Made by a program: the position numbers and the translations under genes
Shown: in pieces, positions 59,186 through 64,000 of the stretch
Numbering within the stretch: position 1 is the stretch's first letter
How the letters are laid out: every line of letters begins with the position of its first letter
The notes under the pieces: generated by a model
Database searches by the model: none
What the model was told of the DNA's origin: nothing
Seen by the model: the letters and a program-made list of their open reading frames with translations, nothing else
NCBI GenBank assembly: GCA_965216565.1
Contig: OZ244170.1
Coordinates: forward strand, 1,504,001 to 1,568,000
Origin: Bythopirellula sp.
GTDB lineage: Bacteria; Planctomycetota; Planctomycetia; Pirellulales; Lacipirellulaceae
Reading direction: 5' to 3'
DNA: 64,000 bases

Positions 59186-61265
59186 ATTGCCAGACTCCCT
59201 TCACCACATGAAAACTGTGGTTCTCCTGGACGGATTCGAGTCCCAACTCGACTTCTATCCCTGTCGCGGTGATGGCAACATAAGTTTGCTTGGCCCATTC
59301 CTTCGAGGTCAAAGTTCCGATCGCCTTGATTTGGGTTTCTAAGAGACCTTGGTCAAGTCGCAGTTGATTGTCCGTGCGACGTCCGCGGATGTCGCCCCCC
59401 GCAGGGAAGATGGGCTCGTTCTCTAGGAACTGCTCGCGAATGACCTTCGATACGTCAGAACAACCTGTTGGATTCAACATCATCGAGGCTCCGTCCTTGA
59501 AGCCAGTGGCAAGATAGTACTGGCCCGCTTCGTCTCGAATTGCCAAATAGAGACATTCAACGCCCAGATTGTTGGTCACTTTGAGTTGCTCTTCGTTCTT
59601 AGAAATACGCAGACGATTCTCAGTGGCGCGAGCAGTAATGGACAAGTATTGCGTGGGAGTCCGCGATGGCAGCCATCCTTCAGTAAAACGGGCCTCGGGC
59701 TCGTCCAATTCCACCTCTCGCCACTGATTGGCGTAGCGTCGTATCGTACGGCGATTCGTGGAAGCCGGCAAAATCGGATAAACGGCCGTATCATTTGGCA
59801 CCGAAAGCCCCTCCGACGGAGCGACACCGGCGTAGTACGAAAGTCTCGCCCAGCTGGAAGCTTCACTAGCTGGCTGATCGAGAAACGTAAAGCTTCGAGC
59901 ACGAACGCGCGTGCCGACGCCCTCGGAGAGAAACCCATAAGCAAAGAGCAGGAACGTCGTCGCCAACGCTGCCGCGGGAACCGTGGCCAGGAGCATCGGT
60001 ATTTTGCCGCTCCGCTTCAGCAGCCAATAGTTCAGCGGACCAATGCCAAGCACAAAAAGAGTAATCAAAAACTGAAACTCAAAGACAGGGGCCAAACCGA
60101 CATCGGGAATCAGGAAATTATTAAAATCCAAGTTGGAGTTCGCAGGGTCGTTGCCATGCCGCCTGGGCCAATACAGCCGCTCGGAGAGCATCGACATATC
60201 GATTTGTCCCTGCACATCGTAATCGAAGTGTCCCTTGAATAGCGTTACCGTCCCTAACCCATACGACCGTGAAATAAAGAATTCGAAAGAGTCTTGGTCA
60301 TCGCTTCTGCCAACCTCGATACCGCCAATGTTCGTTGGTTTGATTCCCCCGTCCGTGTCCGACGTTAATCGGAGCAAGGCATCGATGCCACGTGTTTCGG
60401 CACCTTCTAGCGGCAAGGCTTGCCATCGTACACGAGAGTCTTGGACTTCTTTCAGACCGAGTTGTTGGTTAATCATCGAAAGAGCTTCGTAGCTGTCGCT
60501 TCCTGCAACGAACCATAGATTGCCACCAGCACGAACCCAACGCAGCAACGCACGTTTGCTGTCCGGGTAACTACTGCCCAAAGCCTGTAGTTCCTTGGGA
60601 GTCAACACGGCCACATCAGCTGTCGAGAGCTCAGTCCACCTAGTCGGGAATTCCTCCAGAAGCACCTCATCGATTCGCTCGGAGTTGAGATACTTAGTCC
60701 TTGCACGGGACCAGTTTCGCTTTATCCCAACCGGCAGGCCAACGGCAGATATCAAGTAATTGTTTGCTGAGTGGCTGAACGTCGCATCTCGAAAACTCAA
60801 CTCTTCGTCTTTCACGCCATCGACCCATACCTCCCAATCGATCCTGTCCCAATGCAAAAACTGGGGAACGGTTAGATTTGCTGAAGCAGCTGATGTCCCT
60901 TGCTGCAGCTCAAAATCTTTCTCCACTGAGATCGAGGTGGAACGGTTATAGCCAGATCGCGCAGAAAATCGAAAAGTGATCTGCCGATCTGCTGGGACCG
61001 GAGTCGCGGCAGAAACCGTAACGCCCACGCGACGAAACCCGCGCTCGCCAACACCTCTTGTATCAACCTCAATCTTCAATCCAGATTTCGTTGAAAAACC
61101 AGGATTAGCATTATTCACAGGTCGACCTGCGCCAGGCACATTCCGCGGGAAAGGCCAGATGTTCTTGTCGCCAGTTCCCGCGCTGGCAAATGAGAGATCG
61201 AATAAAGCAAAGCAGAAACACAGTCCTACGACTGCCAGGGTATCTTTCCACTTTCGAATCTGCAT
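59178..61265 (-). CDS. Hypothetical membrane protein associated with the ABC exporter
   Basis: Signal peptide, WVRAGGNL, two TMs (IGPLNY), stop overlaps the ATPase start. Confidence 0.7.
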   Translation of the reverse strand: MQIRKWKDTLAVVGLCFCFALFDLSFASAGTGDKNIWPFPRNVPGAGRPVNNANPGFSTKSGLKIEVDTRGVGERGFRRVGVTVSAATPVPADRQITFRFSARSGYNRSTSISVEKDFELQQGTSAASANLTVPQFLHWDRIDWEVWVDGVKDEELSFRDATFSHSANNYLISAVGLPVGIKRNWSRARTKYLNSERIDEVLLEEFPTRWTELSTADVAVLTPKELQALGSSYPDSKRALLRWVRAGGNLWFVAGSDSYEALSMINQQLGLKEVQDSRVRWQALPLEGAETRGIDALLRLTSDTDGGIKPTNIGGIEVGRSDDQDSFEFFISRSYGLGTVTLFKGHFDYDVQGQIDMSMLSERLYWPRRHGNDPANSNLDFNNFLIPDVGLAPVFEFQFLITLFVLGIGPLNYWLLKRSGKIPMLLATVPAAALATTFLLFAYGFLSEGVGTRVRARSFTFLDQPASEASSWARLSYYAGVAPSEGLSVPNDTAVYPILPASTNRRTIRRYANQWREVELDEPEARFTEGWLPSRTPTQYLSITARATENRLRISKNEEQLKVTNNLGVECLYLAIRDEAGQYYLATGFKDGASMMLNPTGCSDVSKVIREQFLENEPIFPAGGDIRGRRTDNQLRLDQGLLETQIKAIGTLTSKEWAKQTYVAITATGIEVELGLESVQENHSFHVVKGVWQYD

Positions 61266-61302
61266 CTAAACTCTCAGGTCAGTAAATTGCAAAGGGCAAG
61301 AA

Positions 61303-61599
61303 CTATTCTGACTGTCCACCTGTCTCAACTTGCTCGACCTGTTCGTCCGGGCTCCTTTGAATGCCTCCCTGACTTGTCAGAGCCGGCACCTGTTGAGGGC
61401 TGATGACTCGCGCAAGAAGGCCAATGATTCCGTAGAACACAGCATGAACGAAAAGACATACAGGGATACTTGCGACGGCAATCGTTACACCTGCCGCCCA
61501 AGCTTTACCTTGGAACGCTTGTCCAGCGACGACAAAAATGACCGTACTCACGGAAAGCAAAGTCAAAATCGTCTTCAGGGAAAATCTCGGCAACAGCAT
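61303..61599 (-). CDS. Small two-TM hypothetical protein
   Basis: PRFSLKTIL N-terminus typical of planctomycete membrane proteins. Confidence 0.6.
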   Translation of the reverse strand: MLLPRFSLKTILTLLSVSTVIFVVAGQAFQGKAWAAGVTIAVASIPVCLFVHAVFYGIIGLLARVISPQQVPALTSQGGIQRSPDEQVEQVETGGQSE

Positions 61600-61740
61600 A
61601 GTCGTTTTTAGTGGAAAAAGGACGATTCAAATAGCGATCGAAAGGGCCAGCACTGTCCCGGTAAGTGCCCGCCCGGTAGGATGACAACGTCAATTTGGAC
61701 TAACTATTTATATCGATCCTGACTCAAACAATTCGTTGCC

Positions 61741-64000
61741 ATGTTTTATTCTCGACTTCATGATACCAAATCTTTCGCTCTCCGTGCCATTCGTGCGATC
61801 TTGCCAATTCTTGCCATTTCTTTGGTAAGTAGCGAACACACATGCGCTGCCCCACAGGTGGAGGCCGTGGCCGGTGAGCCCTTTGGCGTGGGCAAAGTCA
61901 CAATCGACGTCCTCCGCGGCGAACCCTCCATTCCACTCAGCGACGAGCGTTTCACCATTTGGCAAGAGGCCAGCAGAGCCATGTACCCCGTGGTCAAGCA
62001 AGAGCCAGCTAAACGACTCCTTCGCAGGGTGCTCTCGATCGAGTCTCCCCGCAAGGTCACCGTCTATTTTCTGTTCCAAGGCAATGAGCCATTCGATCTG
62101 TCGGTGTTCTCGCCAATCGAACAGGCAGTGCGCATCCAGCCACAAATCAATCCAGAACGTCACCGCAATATGCTCAACGATTGGTGGCAAGCCTACTCAG
62201 GACGATGGAATACGCTCTGCTCCGACCCACAATTCCCACCCATGGCTGAGAATTTCCTGGTCGCATCATTAGGTCGGCGCCTAAACCTCGATTTGGCCGC
62301 TTCCGAACGCGGACTCTTGAAGAAGAAGCGAGGCAAGACCACGGCCCTAGGTGAACTATTTGCCAGCGAATCGCATTTACTGAAGCTCGATCGGGAGAAG
62401 ATTCTGAATCCTACGATACCCACCGAAGAGCGAGTACCGCTACCCGCCACTCCGGTGTGGGAAGATCTAGCCATCGACGACATGCAATTCGTGGACGTTG
62501 CGATTGAACCTATCGCAACACGCGTCCCTGAAGAGTGCTTTTATCTTCGCTTCGGCAAGTTTCTCAATTATCTTTGGTTTCGAGACCTAAGCGCAAAATG
62601 GCAAGGCGATTTGCAAAACATGGTTCTTCGCCGTGCCGTCGATCGCGCCGCCGATCAACGCACTCAGCAGCAACTGTCGCTCAAATACAACGCCATGGCG
62701 AAGATTCTTGGCCCACAGGTGGTGGAAGACCTGGCCATCGTTGGGCTCGATACGAACACAACGCAGGGCGCAGCGATCGGCGTTTTGATGCATGCCAAGA
62801 ACAACTTCTTGCTCAGCCAAGACATGATGCGACAACGTCGCCGGTCTCTTTCTACGTTCTCCGACGCCAAGGAAACGACAGTCAAGATCGCCGAACAAGA
62901 AGTATCGCTCATCGCAACACCCGGAGGAGAAGTCCGATCGTATTATGTGCAACAAGGCGATTTTCACCTAGTTTCGACTTCCGCTACCCTCGTGGAACGA
63001 TTTATTGAGGCAGGGCAGGGCGATCGTGCAATGGCCGCGCTCCCCAGTTTTCTACAAGCTAGAAAGCAATTGACCATCGCTCAGGACGACACAGTCTTTG
63101 TCTTCGTGCCGGAGAAGTTTTTCGAGAATCTCTGCTCGCCGCACTACTTTATCGAAAATGCACGTCGAATTAGCAGTGCTCGCGAGCCACTGCTCTTGGA
63201 ATTGGCTAGCCTGGCTGCCGAGACCGAGAATTCACTGGACGTCGACCTCATGACCAGTGGCATTCTGCCTGCCGGGTTTGGCACGCGCGTCGATGGCAGC
63301 CAGCTCGACGTTATTGACGATAAATTGACCGACTCTCGCCGGGGCACACCTGGATTCTTCGTTCCCATTGCCGACATGCAGGTGGAGGATGTTTCTCAGG
63401 AGGAAGCTTCCGCCTATCAAGATTTCATCACTCGTTTTCGATCCGAGATCGGACGAATGCCACCAGTGGCTGTCGCCGTGAAACGTCAACCCGTGGTAGG
63501 CGACCAAGTCACGATTTCATTCGACGCGTTGGTCCAACCAACGACTGGCACGAAGTTGGAGAACTTAAAAGAATATTTGGGCGAGGCATCCTCCCAACGC
63601 TTGCAGCCGGTGGAGGGAAATATCGCTTCGCTCGAGGCAGCGGTCAAAATGAAGCTTCCCTTCGGTGACGGCACCGAAAAGGCCTTTCATCTCTTCGGCG
63701 GCTTGCGGGACTATCTCTCGCCGCTGGCTGTCAAACAGGGCAAGCTCATGCCGGGCTCAGGCCTGACGGAACTTGTGCGGGGCTACGTCGGCGCTTGGCC
63801 GCGCCCTGGCCTTCTGGATTCACTACTGGGCGGTACCCAACCCGTTCCTGGAGAGCCACAGCGTGTGAACCAACCCTTGGTTGGTGATATTTGGCTCGAT
63901 AGCGAAGACGATTTGGCATTGATCTCCTTCAAGCCCGAGGTGATCGATCAGGTACGTCCACAGCTTGCCAAGACAGAAGCAGATCGGCCCGCACAGGTAT
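61741..64000 (+). CDS. Large exported hypothetical protein (3'-truncated; absent from the ORF track)
   Basis: Frame from ATG 61741 appears open to the window end: signal-like N-terminus, EAVAGEPFGVG, VPEECFYLRFG. Confidence 0.8.
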   Translation, partial: MFYSRLHDTKSFALRAIRAILPILAISLVSSEHTCAAPQVEAVAGEPFGVGKVTIDVLRGEPSIPLSDERFTIWQEASRAMYPVVKQEPAKRLLRRVLSIESPRKVTVYFLFQGNEPFDLSVFSPIEQAVRIQPQINPERHRNMLNDWWQAYSGRWNTLCSDPQFPPMAENFLVASLGRRLNLDLAASERGLLKKKRGKTTALGELFASESHLLKLDREKILNPTIPTEERVPLPATPVWEDLAIDDMQFVDVAIEPIATRVPEECFYLRFGKFLNYLWFRDLSAKWQGDLQNMVLRRAVDRAADQRTQQQLSLKYNAMAKILGPQVVEDLAIVGLDTNTTQGAAIGVLMHAKNNFLLSQDMMRQRRRSLSTFSDAKETTVKIAEQEVSLIATPGGEVRSYYVQQGDFHLVSTSATLVERFIEAGQGDRAMAALPSFLQARKQLTIAQDDTVFVFVPEKFFENLCSPHYFIENARRISSAREPLLLELASLAAETENSLDVDLMTSGILPAGFGTRVDGSQLDVIDDKLTDSRRGTPGFFVPIADMQVEDVSQEEASAYQDFITRFRSEIGRMPPVAVAVKRQPVVGDQVTISFDALVQPTTGTKLENLKEYLGEASSQRLQPVEGNIASLEAAVKMKLPFGDGTEKAFHLFGGLRDYLSPLAVKQGKLMPGSGLTELVRGYVGAWPRPGLLDSLLGGTQPVPGEPQRVNQPLVGDIWLDSEDDLALISFKPEVIDQVRPQLAKTEADRPAQV

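Overview
A 64-kb window that looks like a Planctomycete (Pirellulales/Lacipirellulaceae-like) chromosome. The taxon is inferred from the DUF1559, PEP-CTERM/dockerin, ECF-FecR, prenyltransferase-repeat and methanopterin genes. It falls into six blocks. (1) 1-9.7 kb: right end of a probable genomic island integrated at the initiator tRNA-Met, with a tyrosine integrase and cargo of CsbD, a lone PTS enzyme I, a small Zn-finger protein, GT4-fusion/GH130/GT4 genes and an unannotated 35-aa Lys-rich peptide. (2) 10.2-12.0 kb: a prenyltransferase-repeat protein and tRNA-Arg(ACG). (3) 12.1-28.3 kb: a PUL-like accessory locus with five PEP-CTERM-type surface proteins (including a sulfatase and an SGNH esterase), a second sulfatase, an orphan sugar-binding protein, DUF1559, ECF sigma/FecR and a GH78 rhamnosidase. 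(4) 28.4-42.2 kb: core genes rnc, mgtE, pdxJ and dapA, a six-gene pABA/methanopterin operon led by an atypical SDR, a PQQ-propeller protein and an atypical FabD-like acyltransferase. (5) 42.5-56.6 kb: a c-di-GMP-linked type IV filament/T2SS-like locus (CBS protein, tandem-GGDEF cyclase, pseudo-receiver, MshEN ATPase, three paralogous short pilins, minor pilins, PilM-PilN fusion, secretin). (6) 56.6-64 kb: an ABC export operon and a large exported protein that runs off the right edge. No CRISPR array or rRNA was seen. All calls come from reading motifs by eye; no database searches were run.
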